Below are positions 1 to 10,200 of a DNA stretch of 64,000 nucleotides, piece after piece. Source of the stretch: a virus. Taxonomy: Duplodnaviria > Caudoviricetes. A program made the translations under genes and the position numbers. The notes beneath the pieces are model-generated. The model saw only the letters and a program-made list of their open reading frames with translations. It did not search any database and was not told where the DNA came from. Within the stretch, counting starts at the first letter, position 1. Every line of letters begins with the position of its first letter. The stretch covers positions 160,001 to 224,000 of the IMG/VR virus record IMGVR_UViG_3300026549_000029. One strand, written 5' to 3'.

Positions 1-1751
1 CTAACAAAGCAGAAACTTGGTATGAAGATACCTCTAAATATGGAGAAGAATTTGTATACTGTGTTCCCTACTCTGCTGCATTAGAGCAATTATTAAAAAG
101 AAAACAAAATACTTCTTTTTCTGTAACTGAATCTGTTACTAGAAAAGAATTTAATCAAGAAATAAAGAAACTTCCTGTAACTATTACTATGGAATCAGGA
201 GATAATAATGAACCTATTATCAAAATTAATTTTGATAAATCAAAAGTATTAAAAGAAGCAATAGAGAATAATCTTTATTTACAAAGAGCTGCAGGAAATG
301 ATTTATTAAAAGGATTATCTGAATCATTTATAGTTCATGAAACCAATGAAAAATTTGCAGATCATTTAGAGAAAATTAATAAAGATACTACAGTAGTTAA
401 GTTTGATAAAACTGTTAGAGATGATGAACTTGAATGGGAAGATGATGATAAATCTGCTGCAGATGGATTAGTAAATTCTAAAGGTAAAGAATCTACTAAA
501 GTTAGAGTAAATGGTGCAGTATTAAGAGCTATTAAACATGATAGAATTATTCCTATTTATATTGAAGATACTATGTTTGGAGCATACTATATTAGATTTA
601 ATCAATTTGAAGATCTTGATTTGAATGCTACTGGAAATATAAAAGGATATAACTCTATAACTGGTATGTTTAATAATGGACAAATTTCTACACAAGTTAC
701 TACTAATGAAGATGTAGAAAATCAAAAGAATCTTCTTCTTAGAACTTTAGCAGGAAAGATTTCACAGAAAATTGATGCTGCTTTTATTAATTCTAATACA
801 GATTTAAAAGATGAGATTTATAAAATCTTGAAATTTAATGATAAATATAATCAGATTTCTCATACTTTAGATATGGATATTGTATTTATTCCAAGTGATG
901 ATATTCATCATTTAAAGTTTAAAGAAGATCCTGATACACATAGAGGAATCTCCGATCTTTGGGATGCTTTAGTACCTGCTAAGCAATGGATTACACTTAC
1001 ATTAACTTCTGTATTAGGTTGGGCTACTAGAGGTTTTGATAGAAGAGTATACTATGTAAAGCAATCTCTTGATACTAATACAGCACAGAGCTTATTGAAT
1101 GTAATTACTACTATTAAAAAAGGTAATTTTGGAGTAAGACAGATGGAATCTGTAAACAATATCTTAGGTATTGTTGGTAGGTTTAATGATTTTGTTATTC
1201 CTATGGGACCTTCTGGAGATGCTCCTATTCAGTTTGATACTATGCCTGGGCAACAGTTTGATTTTCCTACAGATCTACAATCTAACTTAGAAGAATCAGC
1301 TGTAAACTCAACTGGGGTTCCTTTAGAGATAGTAAATAGTTCAACTGGGATGGACTTTGCTGTTAGATATACTATGACTAATGCAAAGTTATTAAGAAAT
1401 GTATTAAAGAGACAACTTAAAATGGAAGATTTCTTATCTGAAGTCTTTACTAAGATTTATAGATTTGAATATGATGAGAATATTACTCTTGAAGTTACAT
1501 TACCACCACCTGCATTCTTGAGTATGACTCAGGGAACACAGCTTTTGAATTCTGCTACACAATATGCAGATTCTATTACAGAAGTAGAAATGAGCGGTCA
1601 GAGTGATGAAGCTAAAGCTTTATTTAAGAAGAGATTGATTAGAAAATTAATTCCTTCTTATATGAGTGATGAAGAAATAGAGAAGATTAAAGATCAGATT
1701 TCTCTTGATAATAGTATACAGAAATCTAAAGGTGAAGATGAGTTTGAATAA
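1..1751 (+). CDS. Portal protein (5' end outside window)
   Basis: Frame open from position 3 (NKAETWYEDTSKYGEEFVY...). RGFDRRVYYV resembles the T4 gp20 RAPERRIFY motif. Followed by a terminator. Confidence 0.75.
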   Translation, partial: NKAETWYEDTSKYGEEFVYCVPYSAALEQLLKRKQNTSFSVTESVTRKEFNQEIKKLPVTITMESGDNNEPIIKINFDKSKVLKEAIENNLYLQRAAGNDLLKGLSESFIVHETNEKFADHLEKINKDTTVVKFDKTVRDDELEWEDDDKSAADGLVNSKGKESTKVRVNGAVLRAIKHDRIIPIYIEDTMFGAYYIRFNQFEDLDLNATGNIKGYNSITGMFNNGQISTQVTTNEDVENQKNLLLRTLAGKISQKIDAAFINSNTDLKDEIYKILKFNDKYNQISHTLDMDIVFIPSDDIHHLKFKEDPDTHRGISDLWDALVPAKQWITLTLTSVLGWATRGFDRRVYYVKQSLDTNTAQSLLNVITTIKKGNFGVRQMESVNNILGIVGRFNDFVIPMGPSGDAPIQFDTMPGQQFDFPTDLQSNLEESAVNSTGVPLEIVNSSTGMDFAVRYTMTNAKLLRNVLKRQLKMEDFLSEVFTKIYRFEYDENITLEVTLPPPAFLSMTQGTQLLNSATQYADSITEVEMSGQSDEAKALFKKRLIRKLIPSYMSDEEIEKIKDQISLDNSIQKSKGEDEFE

Positions 1752-1757
1752 TATAAA

Positions 1758-1787
1758 GGGTAGGAAGCAATTCCTACCCATATTTTT
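1758..1787 (+). terminator. Intrinsic terminator
   Basis: GGGTAGGAA-gcaa-TTCCTACCC followed by a T-run. Confidence 0.8.
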
Positions 1788-1800
1788 AAATTTTTAAAAA

Positions 1801-1813
1801 GATATTATAATAT
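1801..1813 (+). promoter_or_regulatory. Early-type promoter motif
   Basis: GATATTATAATAT; the same core recurs at 23407, 29141, 40581(-), 51104(-) and 58730. Confidence 0.55.
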
Positions 1814-1848
1814 AAATAGAAAAGATATAAAAATTGGAGGATATTTTT

Positions 1849-2361
1849 ATGTGGAAGCCAAAGAAGAAAAAGAAATATAAAAACAAGAAAATCTATGTCC
1901 ATTATGGATCAGATTTTCTTAATAAAGATATGTCAATTGAAGAATGGGATAGTGGTGATAAACCTAAAGGAATCTGGGCTTCTCCGAAAAATACTAATTG
2001 GGGATGGAAAGATTGGTGTGAATATGAATATTTTGAAGTTCATAAACTTAAGTTATCTTTTGAATTTAAACTTAAAAGAAAAAGTAGAATTCTTAAAATA
2101 AGAAAAATTGAGGATATATGGCCATATTTGAAAGAGATTGAAGATGAAAGTCTTTGGTGGTGGCCAAGTCGATATGAAGATTATAAATATGAACTTGATA
2201 AGAAAAAGATATATAATAAATTTGATGGGATGGAATTATTTATGAGAAATAATTATGGATATTTCCATAACCATTCCCATATTTTTACTACATGGGATGT
2301 TGATTCTATAGTAATATGGAATCTTGATATTATAGAACTTATAAAAAAGAAAGCAGATTAA
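1849..2361 (+). CDS. Hypothetical protein, possible ADP-ribosyltransferase-like fold
   Basis: GGAGG at 1836-1840 favours ATG 1849. Motifs YVHYGS, KPKGIWASP, FDG, WDVDS. Confidence 0.55.
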   Translation: MWKPKKKKKYKNKKIYVHYGSDFLNKDMSIEEWDSGDKPKGIWASPKNTNWGWKDWCEYEYFEVHKLKLSFEFKLKRKSRILKIRKIEDIWPYLKEIEDESLWWWPSRYEDYKYELDKKKIYNKFDGMELFMRNNYGYFHNHSHIFTTWDVDSIVIWNLDIIELIKKKAD

Positions 2362-2376
2362 CCTGCTTTCTTTTTT
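2343..2376 (+). terminator. Intrinsic terminator overlapping stop codon
   Basis: AAAAAAGAAAGCAG-attaac-CTGCTTTCTTTTTT. Confidence 0.75.
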
Positions 2377-2467
2377 ATTTTAAAAGTTAAAATTTTAATT
2401 ATATAATATAATAATGAAAATAAATTAAACCCCACTTATGGGTTAAATAAGAGAAAGAAGGAAGAAA

Positions 2468-2743
2468 ATGACATTTTTAGTATATCATGTTCAGGAAGAT
2501 ACAGCTCCATCTCTTGAAGGAATTGTAGAAATTAAAGATTTTGATGATTTCAATAAAAAATATCTTTCAAGACGGTATTGTAATAATACATATAATAAAT
2601 TTCGATGGGTGACAATAATATCTTTATATAGTTCTGGTTATAAAAGCCTCATTGATGAATTAGCCTCAACTGGAGTAGTAGAGACTAATTTTGATATGGT
2701 ACAAGAAAAAGGAGAATATAATTATATTCTTATTAAAGATTAA
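2468..2743 (+). CDS. Hypothetical protein
   Basis: 91-aa ORF with AAGGA RBS and an early-like motif at ~2403. Confidence 0.65.
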   Translation: MTFLVYHVQEDTAPSLEGIVEIKDFDDFNKKYLSRRYCNNTYNKFRWVTIISLYSSGYKSLIDELASTGVVETNFDMVQEKGEYNYILIKD

Positions 2744-2780
2744 TAATATAATTATATTCTTTAATATATAAATTATTAAT

Positions 2781-2805
2781 CCCCAGCAGGATAATCCTGC
2801 TGGGG
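2781..2805. terminator. Terminator hairpin between convergent genes
   Basis: CCCCAGCAGGA-taa-TCCTGCTGGGG. Confidence 0.75.
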
Positions 2806-2846
2806 TAAATTCTTATAATCTTATTTTTTATATTAAGTTTTATTTT

Positions 2847-3773
2847 TTAGACATTTCCAAGAGGCATATTCTGGTTATACTTTTCAGCAACAGTACCTGC
2901 AAGACTAGCATTACCAAGAATGTCTTTTACAAGACCAGTATTCTCGACAATACCATCATTTCTAGTCTGACCAGTACCATCAGTCTTATAACCACCCTTC
3001 ATAACAGCCCATTCATAATCATTGAAATCAAGAACAATCTTTCTCGGACTACCATTGGTCTGAGAGATATCATTCTGCAGCATCATAGATGCATACTTAT
3101 TGACCTGGTCACCAATGATCGGGAAGCAGTTGAAGGATACATTGATTTCCTGGAATTCAATTGTACCTCTAGTAGAGTTATACAGCTGAGAGTTAGGAGC
3201 CATAGTAGGCTGAGCATTAGCCAGTAGATAAGCTCTCTCAACTTTTCTCATAGTATTATCAGTTACATAATACAAGAAAGTAAATACTTCATACTGAGGA
3301 CCAGGATCTTTATAAACAGTACCAACAAGACCATGATAAGTCTTAGCCTTGCTATAAGGATCTTTAATACCAGTGAGATAATACTGCAGATAATTAGTAA
3401 TAAGGGAACCAGATCTCTCCCAGAATGTCATTTCAACAGTAATGGAAGTATCCATAGTTACGTTATTAATAATCATAAGCTCATTAGTACCATTAGAAAT
3501 AGTACCAGCATCAGCAGTAATATCAGGAATACCAGAAAGACCTCTAAATTCACCTTCCATGATATGGACAAGTCCATCCTGAAGAGTCTTAACTGCAGCA
3601 TTCTTATTAGCAAGCTGAGTCATAAAATCAGGAACACCAACAACAGTAAGGAAGGAGTAACCTGATTCAAAGACATCAAACTGCTTTAAATTGGAAAAAT
3701 CAGTAACGCCTTTCATCAGAGTGTATTCTGTAACACTTCTGGGCATCTTAATATAATTAAGACCAGCAGCCAT
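2847..3773 (-). CDS. Tail tube protein
   Basis: Directly downstream of the sheath gene; 308 aa; highly expressed codon bias; beta-rich ITVEMTFWERSG and EINVSFNC segments; AAGGAGG RBS. Confidence 0.7.
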   Translation of the reverse strand: MAAGLNYIKMPRSVTEYTLMKGVTDFSNLKQFDVFESGYSFLTVVGVPDFMTQLANKNAAVKTLQDGLVHIMEGEFRGLSGIPDITADAGTISNGTNELMIINNVTMDTSITVEMTFWERSGSLITNYLQYYLTGIKDPYSKAKTYHGLVGTVYKDPGPQYEVFTFLYYVTDNTMRKVERAYLLANAQPTMAPNSQLYNSTRGTIEFQEINVSFNCFPIIGDQVNKYASMMLQNDISQTNGSPRKIVLDFNDYEWAVMKGGYKTDGTGQTRNDGIVENTGLVKDILGNASLAGTVAEKYNQNMPLGNV

Positions 3774-3790
3774 ATTTTACTTCCTCCTTA

Positions 3791-5659
3791 TTAATATGCT
3801 GGATTCGAATCAGGGGACCCTTCAATAGCAAAGACATCAAAGATTTCACCCTGCGGGAAGTCCTTATAATAACAATACAGGGAAGCATTGAAGATCTTCT
3901 GAGCAGTCATAACATCATCACGAGTATAGATCAGCTCAATAGACTTAAAGTACTTCTCATAGTAACTAATAACATTATCATGAATCAGCTTCTTATACTG
4001 GGCAAAATCATTTCCATCCATAAGCATGAATCTGATCTTCGGAGTATACCTTCTAATATCCTTGATACACATCTGAGTGATAATGACATTAGAAGAGAAG
4101 CTAAGAGGACCCCAATGATCCTGAGAAGTATAAGTGGACTGAACACTAACAATACCATCATCAGAGGAATAGTTAGCATAGTTTACTCTCAGGTCATCAA
4201 GTTCAGTCTTCATATCTCTGCTAGGAGTAATACGAGGAATAATATTCAAAGTATTACCAACCATTTCAGTGATAATGAAGTTATTGAATTCTCCAGCAAT
4301 AGGAGCATTCGGGTTATTCATATAATGAGATACAAGAAGAGGGGCAATACCATGAAGCATTGTAACCTTAACCTGCTTCTTAGAGAAGTCATCAATAATA
4401 TCATAAGTAGTCATATAGTCACCAACAAACGGACTATGGACCCAATCACTAGAAGTAATCTTATTGATAACTTCATCAATATTATCAGGTTCAAGGCCAA
4501 GATCTCTAAAGTAGAAGAAATCTTCTCTAAATGCAGCAAGATCAACAATAAGACTCTTAACTTCATCAGGATAGTTTGCATCTACACAGAAATCAATCTT
4601 ATGATAATCAAGATCATAGATCTCATCATAAGAATAGAAGAAGTTAGGATCTTCTGCACTCAGAAATGCTGTGGCAGCAGTAATCCAGGCATCAGTAGCA
4701 CCATTTTCACCAGGGAATGGAGCATCACCAAATGAACCATTGTCTCCACCTTTAAGAGTATATCCATAAGTAGAAGACATATCAATACCATCAGCACCAC
4801 TAAAGTCTACAGTAAATGTAGTAAGAGAATTACCCTTCTTATCCTTACCATTCAGAATATCAAGATTATAGAAAGTATCATAATCAATAGTAGTTACACC
4901 ATCAGTAGTGATAGTATAACCAGCTTCTGTAGCAAGCTTATCAACAAAGTTCTGGAAAGATTCTTTGCAGTAAGCAGCATGAAGCTGACCAATAGTAGAC
5001 TTCTGAAGAGCCATATTCTTTTTAGTAGTATAATTATAAGTAATAGCATCAGGATTAAGAGAGAATCTACCGGAATCTACAGTAGTTACCCCTTCAATGT
5101 CCTGAATAGTATAAAGCATAAAATCAAGAGTCTTAGAGCCATCATAATCAGGTGCAATTCTGACGTTCTTATAAGACATACCTCTACCATTATCACAGAT
5201 TACAAACAGAGGGAACTTGGTAGTAGTTTCAAGAGCCTCAGCTGCACCCATAACCTGATCAAAAGTAGCAGCATTCTCAATTTTCTGCTTAGTAAATTTA
5301 ACTTTTACTGATCTAGGAGTAGCATCCTGACCTTCGCCAGAAGCTTCAGTAACAACAATTTCTGCAAGAATGACAAGGTTAGCAAGAGTAGCATCCTCAG
5401 CAACAAGTCTCTTACCAAGAACTCTACCTCCAGCAGCCAGAATCTTATGAGCTTGGATTAAAGGCTGACCATGCTTAAAGAAATCAGCATTATTTCCATA
5501 CATTTTCTTAAAGTCTGTATAAGTGAAATCGGTGATTTCTTCGGTACCCTTATCTGCTGAAAAGACACAAAGAAACAGAGGAAGCGATTCATTATTACTT
5601 TCTGTAACTGCATCGCTCATCAGCACTTCATGCCAATTTACTTTGGTTCCAGCATACAT
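3791..5659 (-). CDS. Tail sheath protein
   Basis: 622 aa; motifs HGQPL, LKGGDNGSFG, DANYP, FREDFF, LDDLRVNY; sheath-tube gene order. Confidence 0.8.
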   Translation of the reverse strand: MYAGTKVNWHEVLMSDAVTESNNESLPLFLCVFSADKGTEEITDFTYTDFKKMYGNNADFFKHGQPLIQAHKILAAGGRVLGKRLVAEDATLANLVILAEIVVTEASGEGQDATPRSVKVKFTKQKIENAATFDQVMGAAEALETTTKFPLFVICDNGRGMSYKNVRIAPDYDGSKTLDFMLYTIQDIEGVTTVDSGRFSLNPDAITYNYTTKKNMALQKSTIGQLHAAYCKESFQNFVDKLATEAGYTITTDGVTTIDYDTFYNLDILNGKDKKGNSLTTFTVDFSGADGIDMSSTYGYTLKGGDNGSFGDAPFPGENGATDAWITAATAFLSAEDPNFFYSYDEIYDLDYHKIDFCVDANYPDEVKSLIVDLAAFREDFFYFRDLGLEPDNIDEVINKITSSDWVHSPFVGDYMTTYDIIDDFSKKQVKVTMLHGIAPLLVSHYMNNPNAPIAGEFNNFIITEMVGNTLNIIPRITPSRDMKTELDDLRVNYANYSSDDGIVSVQSTYTSQDHWGPLSFSSNVIITQMCIKDIRRYTPKIRFMLMDGNDFAQYKKLIHDNVISYYEKYFKSIELIYTRDDVMTAQKIFNASLYCYYKDFPQGEIFDVFAIEGSPDSNPAY

Positions 5660-5743
5660 AAGCTGTATCCTCCTTTAAGTATAGAAATCATTTATCAATA
5701 ATATTAATAATATTTTATTTTTTCTTTTCTCGTATATATTTAA

Positions 5744-6520
5744 TTACATCATAAGAACTCTCTCTAATGGACTTTCTTTATGTCTCTTACCATTCTTCTC
5801 ATCTTCAGATAATAAAACAGCAGACATTATAGATTCATCCAAATTCTCAGATGTAAGAGAAACAAATGGAGATACATATTTAGCTGCATCTTTAATAGAA
5901 ATAGATTTAAAACCATGCATTTGTTTATCAATTGTCTTAGACATTCTAAAAGGTTTAGATATATCTTCAGGATCTCTACAGATTTTTGAATAGATTAAAC
6001 CCATTGCTTGAGCATGAACAGAATATCCTTTAGAGTTTAACTCCATACTTTCAAAAGGAAATTTATAAAGAGAAGAATAGTCAAGATTATTTGGAATTCT
6101 ACCCGTTTGAATATGTAATCTAAATAATTCAGATACATTATCTATATTCTGTTCTGTATGACATCTTGTAATGAGTTGATCACCTTTCTCAAATCTTAAA
6201 ATCCTATAATTAGAAGCATCTAAATGTTCTTCTAGAGCAATATCTTTTTTCTTTTCTATGGATCTAGGTTTACAAATAAACTTAGTAGGAAAAGAAAAAG
6301 ACATTAGTTTTCCAGGAGTACCATTTTTAGAGTAGATTCTATAACAGAAAGATCCAAAGAGTTCTATATAAGAACCTTGAATGCTTGCTGATGTAGATTT
6401 ACCACCCTCAAAATATTCTTCTGGTATATAATATTCAAGATAGCCATCCTCATTAAATAAAAGAGCGTCCCCTTCTCTTTTACTAAAAGGTGGTATATCT
6501 AAATATTTAAATTCAATCAT
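5744..6520 (-). CDS. Phage multisubunit RNA polymerase beta' C-terminal fragment
   Basis: VHAQAMGLIYSKICR and SPFVSLTSENLDESIMSAV...SPLERVL resemble conserved RpoC C-terminal regions. Confidence 0.6.
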   Translation of the reverse strand: MIEFKYLDIPPFSKREGDALLFNEDGYLEYYIPEEYFEGGKSTSASIQGSYIELFGSFCYRIYSKNGTPGKLMSFSFPTKFICKPRSIEKKKDIALEEHLDASNYRILRFEKGDQLITRCHTEQNIDNVSELFRLHIQTGRIPNNLDYSSLYKFPFESMELNSKGYSVHAQAMGLIYSKICRDPEDISKPFRMSKTIDKQMHGFKSISIKDAAKYVSPFVSLTSENLDESIMSAVLLSEDEKNGKRHKESPLERVLMM

Positions 6521-6549
6521 ACCAAAATACTACCTCCAAATATAGGTAT

Positions 6550-6561
6550 TATTATGGAGTT
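6550..6561 (-). promoter_or_regulatory. Late-type promoter (AACT-N6-TA)
   Basis: AACT CCATAA TA upstream of the beta'C-sheath-tube genes; the AR9 late consensus is AACA-N6-TA. Confidence 0.5.
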
Positions 6562-6580
6562 ATAATTTATAAAAATAAAC

Positions 6581-7108
6581 TTATTTTAATACTAATGTTT
6601 CCCCATCAACTTCAGCTGTAATATATCCAATTTCAGATTTTTTAAATTCTACATTCTGTGAACCATCTATTGATTTAGTAGCTCCACCTACTGTTATACT
6701 AACAGCAGAATGTAACTTATCTGCTGTTGCAGAATTTCCTCCATAAGATGAAATAGGAATAGCTACTCCATTTGCATCAAAATAAACAGGTAATGTAGCA
6801 TCACCTTTTGATGTAACATTAGTTTTAGGTTCATAATAAGTAGAAATAATATTACCAGATGAATCTTTTTCAGCAGAAGTTGCAACAGCAGTAGATGGAA
6901 GAGCTCCAATATCAGTAGCTGTAATATTTACATAACCAGTTCTATAATCTTCTTCAGTATCACCTTTAACCCCCTTAACAGATCCTAAATTTCTTATAGC
7001 ACCTGCCATTAAAGAGGGAGTATATGTAGTTTCATTATCATTATTAACTTCTCTAATAGCATCAGCAATATCAGAGTAGTATTGATCATCTGTAGTTATG
7101 AGTCCCAT
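6581..7108 (-). CDS. Short tail-fibre-like structural protein
   Basis: DIADAIRE, GVKGD.E..YRTG.VNIT...IGA, LPVYF, SIDGSQNV; ends VDGETLVLK. Late motif at 7137-7148. Confidence 0.65.
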   Translation of the reverse strand: MGLITTDDQYYSDIADAIREVNNDNETTYTPSLMAGAIRNLGSVKGVKGDTEEDYRTGYVNITATDIGALPSTAVATSAEKDSSGNIISTYYEPKTNVTSKGDATLPVYFDANGVAIPISSYGGNSATADKLHSAVSITVGGATKSIDGSQNVEFKKSEIGYITAEVDGETLVLK

Positions 7109-7160
7109 TTATCTGACTATCCTTTCATAACATTATTAATTTAAAGTTTTCTAAATAAAG

Positions 7161-7186
7161 GAGAGGAGGAGTAATTTCCTCCTCTC
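7161..7186 (-). terminator. Intrinsic terminator
   Basis: GAGAGGAGGA-gtaatt-TCCTCCTCTC downstream of the fibre gene. Confidence 0.7.
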
Positions 7187-7229
7187 TAATATATTTAGTT
7201 AAAAATAATGCTATGAAATTTAAAAATAA

Positions 7230-10200
7230 TTAGAATACATAAAGTGTAGTTCCATCAACATATGAAGCTTTAGTAAGTCCAGCAGCAGCAGTAGTAGCAG
7301 CAGCATAAGTAGTATTAGTATCAGTATTATACTTAGTACCTGCTTGCCATCCAGCTCCAGTTAATACATAACCAGTAGTAGCCCAGCTAGTAGTACCAGA
7401 CTTAGCTGCAGGTACTAAACCATTAGCTGCAGATGTAAATGTTGCATAAGTAGTATCAGTATTATACTTGGCTCCAGCAGCCCAACCTGTACCCGTTAAT
7501 ACATAACCACTAGTAGCCTGGGTTGTAGTAGGAGCAGGTACTAAACCAGCAGATCCAGAACCGAAATTAGCATAAGTAGTATCAGTATTATACTTGGCTC
7601 CAGCAGCCCAACCTGTACCAGTAAGAACATATCCACTAGTAGCTTGGTCTGTAGTAGGAGCAGGTACTAAACCAGCAGATCCAGAACCGAAATTAGCATA
7701 AGTAGTATCAGTATTATACTTAGTACCAGATTGCCAACCAGCTCCAGTTAATACATATGCAGAAGTTAAGTAAGAAGTAGATCCATTTTTTGCAGCAGGT
7801 ACTAAACCATTAGCTGCAGAAGTAAATGTAGCATAAGTAGTATTATTATCAGTATTATACTTAGTACCAGCAGCCCAACCAGCTCCAGTTAATACATAAC
7901 CTGTAGTAGCATAATTGGTAGTACCAGACTTAGCAGCAGGAACAAGACCATTAGCTGCAGATGTAAATGTGGAATTGGAAGCAATACCTAATCCAGTAAT
8001 ATCACTCTGAGATACAGCAGTAGCACCACTTACATGTCCAGTTCCATCCACTGCTACTTTATAAAGTCCAGATGCTGCAGATGTATAAGTAGGATGAGTA
8101 TAATTATTAGCATTATCTGCTATACCATCTAATTTAGATTTATCAGTACTAGTCATAAGACCATTTGCAGCAGTAGTAACAGCAGCATAAGTAGTATTAT
8201 TATCTACATTATACTTAGTACCTGCTTGCCATCCTGCACCTGTTAATACATAACCAGTGGTAGCTAAGTTAGTAGTACCAGATTTAGCTGCAGGAACTAA
8301 ACCATTAGCTGCAGATGTAAATGTTGCATAAGTAGTATTAGTATCAGTATTATACTTAGTACCTGCTTGCCATCCAGCTCCTGTTAATACATATCCACTA
8401 GTAGCTTGGTCTGTAGTAGGAGCAGGTACTAAACCAGCAGATCCAGAACCGAAATTAGCATATGTAGTATCAGTATTATATTTAGTACCAGAAGCCCAAC
8501 CTGCACCTGTTAATACATATGCAGATGTAGCATAATTGGTAGTACCATTCTTAGCTGCAGGAACAAGTCCGCTAGCTGCAGATGTAAAATTAGCATAAGT
8601 AGTATCACTACCCGGAATACCAAGTCCAGTAATGTCTGCTTTAGCTACTGCAGCAGTAGCAGATACATGTCCAGTTCCATCTACAGTAAACTTTCTTAAT
8701 GCAGATGCTGCAGATGTATAAGTAGGATGAGTATAGTTATTAGCACTAGCTGCTATTGCATCTAATTTAGTCTTATCTGTAGATGTCATAAGACCATCTG
8801 CAGCGGTAGTGACAGCTGCATATGTAGTATTATTATCTACATTATACTTAGTACCAGCTTTCCAACCTGCACCTGTTAATACATATGCAGATGTAGCATA
8901 ATTAGTAGTACCAGACTTAGCTGCAGGTACTAAACCATTAGCTGCACTAGTAAATGTAGCATAAGTAGTATCTTGTGCAGGAATACCTAATCCAGTAATA
9001 TCATCTTTAACTATAGCAGTAGCACCACTTACATGTCCAGTTCCATCCACTGCTACTTTATAAAGTCCAGATGCTGCAGATGTATAGCTAGGATGAGTAT
9101 AATTATTAGCATTATCTGCTATACCATCTAATTTAGATTTATCAGTACTGGTCATTAATCCATCTGCACCAGTAGTGACAGCAGCATAAGTAGTATTAGT
9201 ATCTGTATTATACTTAGTACCTGCTTTCCAACCTGCACCAGTAAGAACATACGCAGAAGTTAAGTAAGAGGTAGATCCAGACTTAGCTGCAGGTACTAAA
9301 CCATTAGCTGCACTAGTAAATGTAGCATATGTAGTATCGGTATTATACTTAGTACCAGCAGCCCAACCTGTACCAGTAAGAACATATCCACTAGTAGCTT
9401 GGTCTGTAGTAGGAGCAGGTACTAAACCAGCAGATCCAGAACCAAAATTAGCATAAGTAGTATCACTACCTGGAATACCTAATCCAGTAATATCTGCTTT
9501 TGCAACAGCAGCAGTAGCAGATACATGTCCAGTACCATCTACAGTAAACTTTCTAAGAGCACTAGCAGCAGATGTATAAGTAGGATGAGTATAGTTATTA
9601 GCAGAAGTATCAATAGAATCTAACTTAGTCTTATCAGTAGATGTCATAAGACCATTAGCAGATCCTGATACTGCTGCATAAGTAGTATCAGTATTATACT
9701 TAGTACCAGCTTTCCAACCTGCACCAGTTAATACATATGCAGAAGTTAAGTAAGATGTAGATCCATTTTTAGCAGCAGGAACAAGCCCATTAGCTGCAGA
9801 TGTAAATGCTGCATAAGTAGTATCCTGTGCCGGAATACCTAAATTAGTAATATCAGTTTTTTCAACAGCAGTAGCACCACTTACATGTCCAGTTCCATCC
9901 ACTGCTACTTTATAAAGTCCAGATGCTGCAGATGTATAAGTAGGATGAGTATAATTATTAGCATTATCTGCTATACCATCTAACTTAGTCTTATCTGTAG
10001 ATGTCATAAGACCATTTACAGCAGTAGTAACAGCTGCATATGTAGTATTATTATCTACATTGTACTTAGTACCTGCTTGCCATCCAGCTCCAGTTAATAC
10101 ATAACCAGTAGTAGCATAGTTAGTAGTACCATTCTTTGCAGCAGGAACAAGACCATTTGCTATAGAAGTAAATGCTGCATAAGTAGTATCTTGTGCAGGA

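Noticed and set aside
2715-2761. Direct repeat AATATAATTATATTCTT x2
   Set aside because: Short AT-only local duplication at a gene end; no supportable function
3333-5311. Plus-strand ORFs (3333, 3980, 4979) antisense to tube and sheath
   Set aside because: Shadow frames caused by codon bias of highly expressed genes; no RBS; I/S/N-rich nonsense composition. The same applies to 16582, 19333, 47041-48375 and 56736.
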